From positions 416,001 to 480,000 of the forward strand of contig CAVPJU010000010.1 in assembly GCA_963705505.1 (NCBI GenBank): a DNA stretch of 64,000 nucleotides. The letters run 5' to 3'. The notes below the pieces were generated by a model. It saw nothing but the letters and a program-made list of their open reading frames with translations. It made no database searches and had not been told where the DNA came from. The number at the start of each line of letters is the position of its first letter. Position 1 is the stretch's first letter. This DNA comes from an uncultured bacterium (GTDB lineage Bacteria; Desulfobacterota_D; UBA1144; Nemesobacterales; UBA2774). A program made the translations under genes and the position numbers. This document shows, piece by piece, positions 18,851 to 29,033 of this stretch.

Positions 18851-19792
18851 TTAAACCGTCGTAACCCTTCTGCGGCGTATCAAAACAAAGAGACTTCCCG
18901 AAAGCAGAACTAAACCCATCACGACCATGCCGACCTCGGAGAGTGTCGGGATTGCGGACACAAACGGAGGGTTCAAAAACGCGATCGCCTCCAGTCCGTC
19001 TACGGTTTCACCGATATTTGTAACTTCGCCGGTCGTAGTATTTATTGTTACGAGATAATTTTCATACGAAAAGGCCTGGTTATCAAGTGAACCGAACATC
19101 ACACCGGTCTCCGGGTTTAAATCCAACGAATTGATTAGCGGCACGCCCTCGTCGAGCGGAGGAAGCGTGAGGTCTGTAATCAGGCTGGCAACCCCTGTAG
19201 ACTGGTTTAATAAGTAAAGCGACGGAATGGAGGGCACAAAATCCGTATCCGCGAGGAACAGGTCGTTAGATTGACCGAACCCGATCCCGTTACCGCCGCC
19301 GAAAAGACCCGAATATCCTACAAAATGAACCGCTCCCGTATCAATATCGATGGTTGTGAGAAAATTACCGGGCTTGCTGATATAGTATGCGAACAATGTC
19401 CCGTCCCCCCTGAACGAAATGTCCTGGATCGGACCTTCTACGGATAACATGGCAACTTCGGTCCCCGCTCCGGTAAGCGGATCGATGGTTATCAGCACCT
19501 GGTTATCGCCGGCATCGAAACACACGGCATAGAGCACATTAGTTATGGGGTGAAAATCGAGGCCCGTGCAGAAGGCGAAGCCCGTGGGACCTATAGGCGT
19601 CGCGGCTCCGGAATCAGGATCTATTGAATACAGGGTGCTTTCTCCAATAAGGACAACCACCTTCGTATTCGTATCAGCTGATTTAAGATCTTCTTCAGTG
19701 GCGACTCCGTAGAGCTGCGCCCGTGCTGCTCCGGCAAAGAATAGTAAAATTGTCAAAGCATAGAAAAAGTGTTTTGCCCTAGCCATTTCCAC
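18851..19792 (-). CDS. IPTL-CTERM-sorted surface protein with beta-propeller-like repeats
   Basis: Signal peptide; repeated L.TID..TG....IG; C-terminal IPTLSEVG + TM + RRRR. Confidence 0.85.
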   Translation of the reverse strand: MEMARAKHFFYALTILLFFAGAARAQLYGVATEEDLKSADTNTKVVVLIGESTLYSIDPDSGAATPIGPTGFAFCTGLDFHPITNVLYAVCFDAGDNQVLITIDPLTGAGTEVAMLSVEGPIQDISFRGDGTLFAYYISKPGNFLTTIDIDTGAVHFVGYSGLFGGGNGIGFGQSNDLFLADTDFVPSIPSLYLLNQSTGVASLITDLTLPPLDEGVPLINSLDLNPETGVMFGSLDNQAFSYENYLVTINTTTGEVTNIGETVDGLEAIAFLNPPFVSAIPTLSEVGMVVMGLVLLSGSLFVLIRRRRVTTV

Positions 19793-19901
19793 ATCCTCCT
19801 CAAAAATGACTCAATTGTTACAAAATATTAACATAGCCGACAAACGATTATCAAGCGGTATTGGCTATTAAGATTCACAAACAAAGCAAACACTTTCCAT
19901 T

Positions 19902-19930
19902 TTGACATCACTCCTAGCCTGTGCTAATTT
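19902..19930 (+). promoter_or_regulatory. Probable sigma70 promoter of gloA
   Basis: TTGACA, 17-nt spacer, TAATTT with an extended -10 TG. Confidence 0.55.
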
Positions 19931-19970
19931 CTGTTTTGTAAGTGGAAGCACGAACTAGCCGGAGGTAAAA

Positions 19971-20354
19971 ATGCGCTTTCTACACACGATGATAAGAGTA
20001 GGCGATCTGGAAAAATCGAAAAAGTTTTATACCGAAGTCCTCGGACTTAAATTCAACAGACAGAAAGATTATCCTGAGGGTGAATTCACGCTCGCATTCC
20101 TCGGGACTGAAGACCAGCCCGAGACACTGGAGCTGACACACAACTGGGGGACAGATAAATACGACCTCGGGAACGCTTACGGCCACATGGCCTTCGGGGT
20201 GGACGACATATACGCCACATGCGAGAAGATAAAGGCCGCCGGGGGAAAAGTAGTCCGCCCGCCCGGGCCGATGAAGCACGGGACGACGGTGATAGCGTTC
20301 GTCGAGGACCCGGACTCTTACAAGATCGAGCTTATAGAAAGGCGGGGGGCATAA
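19971..20354 (+). CDS. gloA: Lactoylglutathione lyase (glyoxalase I)
   Basis: LHTMIRVGDL, LELTHNW, YGH.A, PGPMKHG, DPD.YKIELI. Confidence 0.95.
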   Translation: MRFLHTMIRVGDLEKSKKFYTEVLGLKFNRQKDYPEGEFTLAFLGTEDQPETLELTHNWGTDKYDLGNAYGHMAFGVDDIYATCEKIKAAGGKVVRPPGPMKHGTTVIAFVEDPDSYKIELIERRGA

Positions 20355-20358
20355 AGCA

Positions 20359-21696
20359 TCATGTTTCTTTCTTTCTGCGCTTTTTCCATTTCTCCGTCAG
20401 GTACTTCCTGAGCCCGGCTTCTCTCCCGATTTCAGTGGGCTCGTAATAAATCATTTCCTTCAGCTCTTCCGGCAGAAAGTTCTGCTCGATGAAATGGTCT
20501 TCGGAGTCATGGGAGTATTTGTAGTCCTTCCCGTAGCCGATCTCCTTCATGAGCTTCGTAGGGGCGTTACGGAGGTGCATCGGGATAGCGATACCGGGTC
20601 TCTTCCTGACCTCCGACAGAGCGGCGCTTATAGCCGTGTATGACGCGTTGCTCTTGGGACAGCTCGACAGATAAGTAGCTGCCTGCGCCAGAATGAGGCT
20701 CGCCTCGGGCATGCCGACATAATCTACCGCAGTGAACGCCGCGGTCGCGAGAGTGAGCGCGTAAGGCTCGGCATTGCCGATATCTTCCGAGGCAAGGATT
20801 ATGAGCCTCCTCGCTATGAACTTCGGGTCTTCTCCGGCCTCGAGCATCCTCGCAAGATAATAAACCGCCGCATCGGGGTCGCTCCCCCTCACGCTCTTAA
20901 TGAATGCAGAAATCGTATTGTAATGCTCCTCCCCTCCCCTGTCGTACCTGTAATGATGAGTCTGATAGGCCTCGCGTACCAACTCCCTCGTTATTTCAAC
21001 CGGACCGTCGGAGGAGGTGATATCGACCGCTATTTCAAGCGCGTTCAGCATTATACGGGCATCGCCTCCGCTCTGGGCTATAAGCTCTTCTTTCGCTTCG
21101 GGGGTGAGGGTAGTGCCTTTTATTACCTCGTCGTCGAGGAGCGCTCTTTCGAGAAGGGTCTCGAGGTCTTCCTTGGATAATGATTCCAGGACATAGACGC
21201 TCGAGCGGGAAAGGAGAGGCGATATAACTTCAAACGATGGGTTTTCGGTCGTAGCGCCTATGAGGACGAGCGTCCCGTTCTCGACACTTTTAAGCAACGC
21301 CGCCTGCTGGGACTTATTGAACCTGTGTATCTCGTCGATGAAGAGGACCGTCCTCCTCCCCGTATCGAGGGACTTTTCCGCCTGCGTGATAATATCCCGG
21401 AGCTCCTTTACCCCGGAGGATATGGCGTTAATCTGGACGAAATCCGCATTCAGCTTCGTAGCGAGGAGCCTGGCAAGCGTAGTCTTTCCGCTTCCCGGGG
21501 GTCCCCAGAATATCATTGACCTGATATTTTTCCCCCGGAGCATCTTCCGGATCACGCCGTCGGGACCGATAAGGTGTGCCTGACCAGCAAACTCTTCGAA
21601 GCTCTGCGGCCGCATCCTCTCCGCGAGGGGAGCCGCCTCTTTCGGGGGCTTGAACAGCGAAGGCTCGCCGCCCTCTTTATATATCTTATTCGCCAT
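20359..21696 (-). CDS. rarA: Replication-associated recombination protein A (MgsA/RarA)
   Basis: PLAERMRP, GPPGSGKTT, FIDEIHRFNK.QQ, GATTENP, SAFIKS.RGSD, ASEDIG. Confidence 0.96.
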   Translation of the reverse strand: MANKIYKEGGEPSLFKPPKEAAPLAERMRPQSFEEFAGQAHLIGPDGVIRKMLRGKNIRSMIFWGPPGSGKTTLARLLATKLNADFVQINAISSGVKELRDIITQAEKSLDTGRRTVLFIDEIHRFNKSQQAALLKSVENGTLVLIGATTENPSFEVISPLLSRSSVYVLESLSKEDLETLLERALLDDEVIKGTTLTPEAKEELIAQSGGDARIMLNALEIAVDITSSDGPVEITRELVREAYQTHHYRYDRGGEEHYNTISAFIKSVRGSDPDAAVYYLARMLEAGEDPKFIARRLIILASEDIGNAEPYALTLATAAFTAVDYVGMPEASLILAQAATYLSSCPKSNASYTAISAALSEVRKRPGIAIPMHLRNAPTKLMKEIGYGKDYKYSHDSEDHFIEQNFLPEELKEMIYYEPTEIGREAGLRKYLTEKWKKRRKKET

Positions 21697-21792
21697 GAAA
21701 AAAGGGTAGTGGGTGCGGGATAAGAAATCAATAGCAAAGATATTCGGAATTACATAAGATATATCTATTAAACCCGAGGGGAGCCGAACAGG

Positions 21793-23430
21793 ATGACCAG
21801 ACCTAAAAGCAGCAAGTATGAATTGGGACTCGATAAGAACCCCGCTAACTATACGCAGCTCTCGCCCCTCACGTTCATAGAACGGGCTGCGTCAGTCTTT
21901 CCCCGGCGCACATCCTTAATCCACGGGAAAGTCCGCTACACATGGGAAGAGACATACGAGCGCTCGCGCCTTCTCGCCTCCGCTCTCGGAAAGATAGGAA
22001 TAGAAAAGGGAGACACCGTGGCCGTAATGGCGCCCAACATACCGCCGCACTTCGAGGCGCACTTCGGCGTGCCCGCGACGGGCGGAGTGCTCAACTCCCT
22101 CAATATCCGGCAGGACGCCGACAACATCGCGTTCATACTCGAGCACGGAGAGGCAAAGGCGCTGATCACGGACAGGGAATACTCGGACGTGATACGGAAG
22201 GCGCTAAATATGCTCGACCGCAAACCCGTCGTTATAGATATCGACGACCCTGAGGCGCGGCACGGAGAGCCCGTCGGAGATATGGCATACGAGGAGTTTT
22301 TAAAAACAGGGGACGCCGGTCCTAAATGGGATGGGCCTGAAGACGAGTGGGATGCCATTTCTCTCAACTACACGTCCGGCACCACGGGGAACCCCAAGGG
22401 TGTGGTCTATCACCATAGGGGGGCATACCTGAACGCGCTCGGGAATATCATCGCCTGGGGCATGACCGGGCACCCCGTATATCTCTGGACGCTGCCCATG
22501 TTCCACTGCAACGGATGGTGCTTTACCTGGTCTATCGCCGCGCTCGCCGGAACGTCCGTTTGCCTGAGGCACTTCGACGCCCGAAAAATTTTTAGCTCAA
22601 TCGCTGAGCACGGGGTTACGCATCTCTGCGGCGCACCCGTCGTAATGAACATGATAATAAACTCGAAAGAAGAAGAGCGGCGTAAATTCGGGCACCGGGT
22701 CAATTTCATGACCGCGGCGGCGGCGCCTCCGGCGGCAGTCCTGGAGAGAATAGAGAAGATGGGCTTCGCGGTCACGCACGTCTACGGCCTCACGGAGACA
22801 TACGGGCCTGCGGCCATATGCGAATGGCATAGCGAATGGGACGAGCTGCCGTCACAGGAGAGGTCTCTCATGAAGGCGCGGCAGGGAGTGAGGTACACAC
22901 TGCAGGAGGGTCTTACGATAGGGAATCCTGAAACATCGGAGCCGGTCCCCGCCGATTCGAAAACTATAGGCGAAGCGCTCTTTCGCGGAAATATAGTGAT
23001 GAAGGGTTATCTCAAGAACCCGACAGCAACCGATAAGGCGTTTGCGGGCGGGTGGTTCCACACGGGCGACCTGGGTGTGATGCACCCGGACCGATATATA
23101 GAGCTCAAGGACCGCTCGAAGGATATAATAATTTCGGGGGGCGAGAACATTTCGACGCTCGAAGTGGAGTCAGTCCTTTATCAGCACCCCGGGGTTCTCG
23201 AAGCGGCTGTTGTGGCGCGCCCGGACGAGAAGTGGGGAGAGATACCCTGCGCGTTCGTAACACTCAAGCCCGAATCGCAGGAGATAAACGAGCAGGAAAT
23301 AATCGAATTCTGCCGGAGCCGCCTCGCTCATTTCAAATGCCCGAAGACGGTAGTCTTCATGGAGCTGCCCAAGACCTCGACGGGGAAGATCCAGAAATAC
23401 GTGCTCAGGGATATTGTAAAGAAACTATGA
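21793..23430 (+). CDS. Acyl-CoA synthetase (AMP-binding)
   Basis: YTSGTTGNPKG, YGLTE, WFHTGD, IISGGENIS, PKTSTGKIQK. Confidence 0.93.
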   Translation: MTRPKSSKYELGLDKNPANYTQLSPLTFIERAASVFPRRTSLIHGKVRYTWEETYERSRLLASALGKIGIEKGDTVAVMAPNIPPHFEAHFGVPATGGVLNSLNIRQDADNIAFILEHGEAKALITDREYSDVIRKALNMLDRKPVVIDIDDPEARHGEPVGDMAYEEFLKTGDAGPKWDGPEDEWDAISLNYTSGTTGNPKGVVYHHRGAYLNALGNIIAWGMTGHPVYLWTLPMFHCNGWCFTWSIAALAGTSVCLRHFDARKIFSSIAEHGVTHLCGAPVVMNMIINSKEEERRKFGHRVNFMTAAAAPPAAVLERIEKMGFAVTHVYGLTETYGPAAICEWHSEWDELPSQERSLMKARQGVRYTLQEGLTIGNPETSEPVPADSKTIGEALFRGNIVMKGYLKNPTATDKAFAGGWFHTGDLGVMHPDRYIELKDRSKDIIISGGENISTLEVESVLYQHPGVLEAAVVARPDEKWGEIPCAFVTLKPESQEINEQEIIEFCRSRLAHFKCPKTVVFMELPKTSTGKIQKYVLRDIVKKL

Positions 23431-23540
23431 TTGAGTCCGGGTGAATGAAGGGGAATTAAGCCTGGTAAAGGATAAACACGGCGATAAGATCGAAAGCGCC
23501 TGTATCATAAGTGAGCAGGTGAAAGTTACGGAGAGATTAT

Positions 23541-24773
23541 TTACCTACCTCCGCCAACGTGGAAAATTGCTCCCTTGCCGTAATCCAGTATATAAATCTC
23601 TCCGTCCTCGTCCTCTCCGAAGCTGCTGACCGAAAGACCCGTATCGAGAAATTTCGCCCATTCCCATGAGCCGCCCGGCTTTCTCCTGAGTCCCCAAAGC
23701 TTTCCCGAGCAGAAGTCGGCGAAAAAGTATGTGCCGTTTATTCCGGGATATTTTTTTCCCCTGTACACATAACCTCCGGTTACGGAGCATCCCTGGTCAT
23801 GATTATATTCGACTACGGGGAATGTAAGGCTCCCCGTATCGTAGCCTTCGGGGAGTTTATATCCATAAGAACCCTCAAGCAGGCTCCAGCCGTAATTCTC
23901 CCCACCCTTGCTGTTCGCCGGCTGGAAATCGACCTCCTCCCACTTGCCCTCCCCGACGTCCGCTATATACATATCCCGCGTCTCGGGGTCGAATGAAAAT
24001 CGCCAGGGGTTTCTCAGACCATAGGCCCAAACCTCGGGGCGCGTGCCGGGCACTCCCTTGAACGGATTATCTTCGGGAATTCCATACGGCTCTCCGTCGT
24101 CCACATCGATCCTCAGCATTTTTGCGAGGAGCACGTTTTTATTCTGTCCGTTCCCGGAGGGGTCGCCCGAGAAGCCTCCGTCCCCCATGCCGATATAGAG
24201 ATAGCCGTCCGGGCCGAACTGAAGCTGCCCCCCGTTATGATTCCATGCAGGCTGTTTTATATTAAGCAGTACCCTCTCGCTATTCCCGTCGCTCCGGTCA
24301 GGGTCTTTGCCGGCTTTAAATTCCGAGATGACCGTATTGCCGTCGAGGTCGGTGTAGTCGACGAAAAATCTGCCGTTTTCCCTGTACCGGGGATGGAAAG
24401 CCACGCTCAGGAGACCGCGCTCGCTCTCCTTCGATCTCACTTTTGCAACGATATCCAAAAAGGGCTCGCCCAGGACTTTACCGTCCTTAATAACCTTTAT
24501 GCGTCCCGCCTTTTCCACGACGAAGGTTCTTCCCGAGCCGTCATGGGCGCTCGTGAGATAAACCGGGAGCTCGAAGCCTGACTCGAAAGGTATAAGCTGC
24601 ACGCGTGCCCACGGATCGACAAAGCTCGCGTTCTCGGAACCTTTGACAGGCCTCTCGGGAAAAAGTCTCGCCCTCGCATACTCGAATCCGCCTCTGAGCT
24701 CGCGGCGATAATAATAAGTCAGAACCAGCATCAAGATTATTAAAAGAAATAATATCCTGGCTATTTTATACAT
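23541..24773 (-). CDS. PQQ-dependent glucose/sorbosone dehydrogenase family protein
   Basis: ERGLL..AFHP, NHNGG.L.FGPDG.LY...GDGG, AYGLRNPWR, SSFGED; N-terminal TM segment; start uncertain. Confidence 0.9.
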   Translation of the reverse strand: MYKIARILFLLIILMLVLTYYYRRELRGGFEYARARLFPERPVKGSENASFVDPWARVQLIPFESGFELPVYLTSAHDGSGRTFVVEKAGRIKVIKDGKVLGEPFLDIVAKVRSKESERGLLSVAFHPRYRENGRFFVDYTDLDGNTVISEFKAGKDPDRSDGNSERVLLNIKQPAWNHNGGQLQFGPDGYLYIGMGDGGFSGDPSGNGQNKNVLLAKMLRIDVDDGEPYGIPEDNPFKGVPGTRPEVWAYGLRNPWRFSFDPETRDMYIADVGEGKWEEVDFQPANSKGGENYGWSLLEGSYGYKLPEGYDTGSLTFPVVEYNHDQGCSVTGGYVYRGKKYPGINGTYFFADFCSGKLWGLRRKPGGSWEWAKFLDTGLSVSSFGEDEDGEIYILDYGKGAIFHVGGGR

Positions 24774-24926
24774 ATGAACCTCTATAACGGATGCGCCCGA
24801 ACACTGCATAAACGGATAATATTTTACTTGATATAAAAACATTCAAGCTCTATCATTTACCTGAAATCCGGAAAATTAATAAAGTATCCGCTTTCGCAGA
24901 ATAAACAACTTATCCTGTGCCCCGTC

Positions 24927-26429
24927 ATGGAAAAAACACACGATAACCTGAAGGACCTCGAGCTGCTGATACGCTCCCATTACAGCCTCATTTTCATCGA
25001 AACGGCTGAGGAGGAACGGGCAGACTCGCTCCTGAAACTACTGGCCGGCCGTCTGCATATCCCTTACTTCTATTGGACGCGGACGAAGGGGCTTAACCGC
25101 GGGGACATAGAATCAAAGGGGCCCGTTTACGGATCGACTGATATAGCGCAGGCGCTGAGACACATCGAGGCGTCCGGGTTTCGGGCAATCTATCATTTAA
25201 AAGACGCGGGGGACCTGTTCGAGGATAAGACAGCCGCGGAAATGCTCAAGGACTCATCGGCCCCGTATTCCAAAAATTCCGGGGCTATCATAATCACGGG
25301 ACAAAACCTAAAAGTCCCCGACAGCATTAAGCCGGTAACAGCGTATTTCAAGCTGACAGGACCCGGTCAGGACGAATACAGAGACCTTCTCGGACGCATA
25401 GTCAGGGACCTCTACCCCAAGATGAGCGTGGATGTGAAGCTCTCCGAGGAGGACACGAACCGGCTCTTAAACAATATCAGGGGGCTCACGCTGACCGAAG
25501 CCGAGAAAATTATTACAAGGATCATAGTCGAAGACGGTACGCTCAGCTCCGAAGACATCAGAAAGGTGATTGAAGCGAAGAAAGAGATTATAGAGCGCGA
25601 GGGCGTGCTCGAGTATTATCCCGTCGAAGAGGGCCTGTCCGATATCGCAGACCTGAGGACGCTGAAATCTTGGCTCTCAAAAAGAAAAGAGATAATTGAC
25701 AACCCCGAGAAAGCGGCGGGGTTCGGACTTTCATTCCCCAAAGGAGTCCTGCTCCTCGGGGTGCCGGGATGCGGGAAGAGCCTTTCGGCAAAGGCTGTCG
25801 CGGCGGAATGGGGGCTCCCGCTCCTCAAGATGGACCCTTCTCACCTCTACAACAAATACATCGGGGAAAGCGAGAAGAATTTCAAGAGGGCGATGGACAC
25901 AGCCGAAAAGATGTCCCCGGTCGTGCTATGGATAGACGAGATTGAAAAGGCCTTTTCCGCGGGCGGAGAATCGGAGGACGGAGGTGTTTCGATGAGGATA
26001 TTCGGGACGTTCCTCTCGTGGCTCCAGGACAGGAACGGGGACGTCTTCATCGTCGCGACTGCGAACGACGTTGAAAAGCTGCCCCCCGAGTTTCTTAGGA
26101 AAGGGCGTTTCGACGAAATATTTTTTGTCGATCTGCCGGACGAGGAAACACGCAAATCGATATTTGAGATTCATCTCAAGAAAAGGGGCAAGGACCCCTC
26201 CGGTTTCGACCTCACTTCGCTCGTGAGGATGACGGAAGGATTCAGCGGTTCCGAGATCGAGCAGGTGATCGTATCGGGGCTTTACACCGCTTACTCAGCA
26301 AAAAAGGAACTGGATACCCAGACGCTCTCGGGTGAGATATCCGCTACATGCCCGCTATCGCAGACAATGGCCGAAAAAATAGCCCGTTTGAGGGAATGGG
26401 CCTCCGGCAGGACCGTGAGCGCCCACTGA
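24927..26429 (+). CDS. Ycf46-like AAA ATPase
   Basis: PKGVLL.GVPGCGKS, LWIDEIEK, ATAN....LPPE..RKGRFDEIFFVDLP, LREWA; degenerate N-terminal module. Confidence 0.9.
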   Translation: MEKTHDNLKDLELLIRSHYSLIFIETAEEERADSLLKLLAGRLHIPYFYWTRTKGLNRGDIESKGPVYGSTDIAQALRHIEASGFRAIYHLKDAGDLFEDKTAAEMLKDSSAPYSKNSGAIIITGQNLKVPDSIKPVTAYFKLTGPGQDEYRDLLGRIVRDLYPKMSVDVKLSEEDTNRLLNNIRGLTLTEAEKIITRIIVEDGTLSSEDIRKVIEAKKEIIEREGVLEYYPVEEGLSDIADLRTLKSWLSKRKEIIDNPEKAAGFGLSFPKGVLLLGVPGCGKSLSAKAVAAEWGLPLLKMDPSHLYNKYIGESEKNFKRAMDTAEKMSPVVLWIDEIEKAFSAGGESEDGGVSMRIFGTFLSWLQDRNGDVFIVATANDVEKLPPEFLRKGRFDEIFFVDLPDEETRKSIFEIHLKKRGKDPSGFDLTSLVRMTEGFSGSEIEQVIVSGLYTAYSAKKELDTQTLSGEISATCPLSQTMAEKIARLREWASGRTVSAH

Positions 26430-26459
26430 GTTTTAAACCCTGACCGCGTCTCTCCGGCC

Positions 26460-27003
26460 CTATTTGCTTTTAATCGCAAAAGAAAACATAACCATGGTTA
26501 TGCCGTTAATGAGGAAGTAAATCCCTACGAGGAGTCCTATGATAAACGAGCTGCTCTGCGGAAACCCTCCCCATACCATGACTCCCAGTATGACGGATGC
26601 GGCACCGCTCACGAGCAGCCATACCCAGTTGGGAGCCGGTTTCATCTGGAACGCGTGAATGATCTTGAAAAAACCCTCTACGAGTAAAAACGCCGCCAGC
26701 AGGATAGTCAGCGTAAGCACCCCTTGCATCGGATTTTTCAGCAGAAGCACGCCCACGACAAGGTAGAGAATACCGCTTAAAAGTATCAGTAACAGTCTTT
26801 GCCAGTTCCCCGAAAAAAACGCGCCGATTATGGAGATAATGCCGCCGACTATCAATACAAAACCGATGAGTATCTCAACGGCGATCGTGGCAGCCATCGG
26901 GGAGCCCGTTATTACCAAACCCATGATTATATATGCGATCCCCAGGGCAAGAAGCCATCCCCAGTTTTCTCTGATACTTTCTAGCTACTGATGTACCGTT
27001 CAT
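26460..27003 (-). CDS. HdeD/DUF308 family membrane protein (+1 frameshift near 26983)
   Basis: GGAGG SD and ATG at 27003; shifted frame reads ESIRENWGWLLALGI; six TM segments; P.SS...IGLLVGI. Confidence 0.85.
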
Positions 27004-27307
27004 AATTTCCACCTCCTCTAGGAATTTAGCGGATCATTCCCGATTGGTAAATTATAAGCCTGTTTTCGGGACAGATACAAATTGTACCGCACCGGAAAAG
27101 ATAATGTCATAATCATATAATTACAATCCGCCGGATCTGACTTGCGCCGTGCATGCATGATCAATAACATGCGGACGATATAGTGACGATATAGTTAAGG
27201 CTATTCATGTCTTCTATTTTTATTGATTATCTGTTAGCATCTCTACCGGGAGTGAATGGTAGAGCTTAATTATCTTCGATTCTAATTTGGAATACGGAGC
27301 TTACACA

Positions 27308-28929
27308 TTGAAAAACGGATCAATTATCTTTTCCGTGCTGGCCCTTCTGATTCTCGCATGTCTCTCGTCGGGCGGCTGCAACGATTCTCGATAATCAGGG
27401 AAGACCTATACCCGATGCGATACTCGAAGTAATGGCAAAGACCACGATACACGGACGCCATCTGGAGCCTGAGTGTGGTTGACCTGGATACCGGGGAAGT
27501 AATCTATGATCTTAAACCGAACATTCTCGCCTTTACAGGTTCGGTGAGGAAGCTTTATTCAGTCGGACTTGCGTTAAATGAATTAGGGCCTGAACACAGA
27601 TTTAAAACCCCTGTCTATCGGCGAGGGGATGTTAGCCAAGACGGTACTCTGACCGGGGATTTAATTCTTGTGGCGAAAGGCGACCTCACAATGGGCGGGC
27701 GGAACACGCCGCAGGGCACAGTGGCGTTTACGAGCTTCGATCACACCGAGGCGAACTCGCTCGGCAGCGCAATTCTCACGGAGCCCGACCCGCTGGCCGG
27801 TATCGATGAGCTGGCCGAGCAGGTGGCGGCAGCCGGTATAAAGACGGTCGAAGGGGACGTCATAATCGATGACAGGCTCTTTGATCACTTCAGGGTTCCG
27901 AATGGTAACGTATTAATAACGCCTATTATCATCAATGATAATCTCATAGACGTGACAATAATACCCACAGAGCCCGGTAAGCCTGCGATCGTTGACTGGC
28001 GCCCCAAATCCGTTGCTTTCGATGTTGAAGCCGACGTTACCACTGTTCCCGCAGGGGAGAAGGAGGATATAACGCTTTTCTCTTTCAATCCGAGCTGCAT
28101 AGGTTTTGAGGGCTGCACGGGCAAAGTGCAGGGACAAATACCCGTTGATTTTAAACCCGGGTTACCCGGGGTGGATACTTTAGTCCAGACTTTTAGAGTT
28201 GAAGACCCCTCATCCTATGCCCGGATAGTGTTCATCGAAGCATTGGAGAGGGCCGGGGTCGAGGTTACAGCAAATACCATAGCGCAGAACCCATCTGATA
28301 ATCTGCCCCCTCAGAATTCATACACAGAAGACACCAAGGTTGCCGAGCTCGTATCGCTTCCCTATTCGGAATATTCGAAGCTGATATTGAAAGTGAGCCA
28401 TAATCTCGGCGCGAACATGAGTCTCATGCTGTTCGGTCTCGCCAAGGGTGTGAGAACTATAGACGACGCCCTGGCCGTGGAAAGAGAGACCTTGATAAAT
28501 GATTTCGGTCTTAAAGGCTCGGAGTTCAATTTCCCCACGAACGGGAGCGGGAGCCCTGACAGCCAGGCGGCTCCGAGCGCGACGGTAAAACTTTTGATAG
28601 AGATGAGCAATCGGGGGGTTTTCATCCCTTATTTCGATTCGTTTCCGATACTGGGCGTCGACGGCTCTCTCGCCGCAGTGGGTGTTGACCCGCCCAACCC
28701 TGTTATTGAGCCCGCGATAGGGAGCGTTTTTGCCAAGACGGGAACAACGGTACTCGACGGGTTTTTCAAGGCGCAGGTCTTTGCCGGTTATATCGACGCG
28801 AAGAGCGGCAGGCGTCTCGCTTACGGACTATACGTGAACGATATAGGCCAGCTGCAGAACATAGCCGAGGCAATTGCGGTTTTTAACGACGAGGGAGAAA
28901 TATCGGCTATTATCTACGACCTGAATTAA
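27308..28929 (+). CDS. Peptidase S13 (DacB/PBP4-like) D-Ala-D-Ala carboxy/endopeptidase lipoprotein (two +1 frameshifts near 27389 and 27441)
   Basis: SVRK (SxxK), SHN (SxN) and KTG motifs; NGSG, GVDGSL; upstream TTG start encoding a signal ending SGGC. Confidence 0.88.
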
Positions 28930-29033
28930 AAGGCAGGCGCCGGTTTCATGCGAATAACAGCTATCCGGTGGTCCCTGCTTTGAGCGGAAGTCATTCCCCG
29001 GGACCCGTTTCATTCGAACTTTATTGAAGTGAA

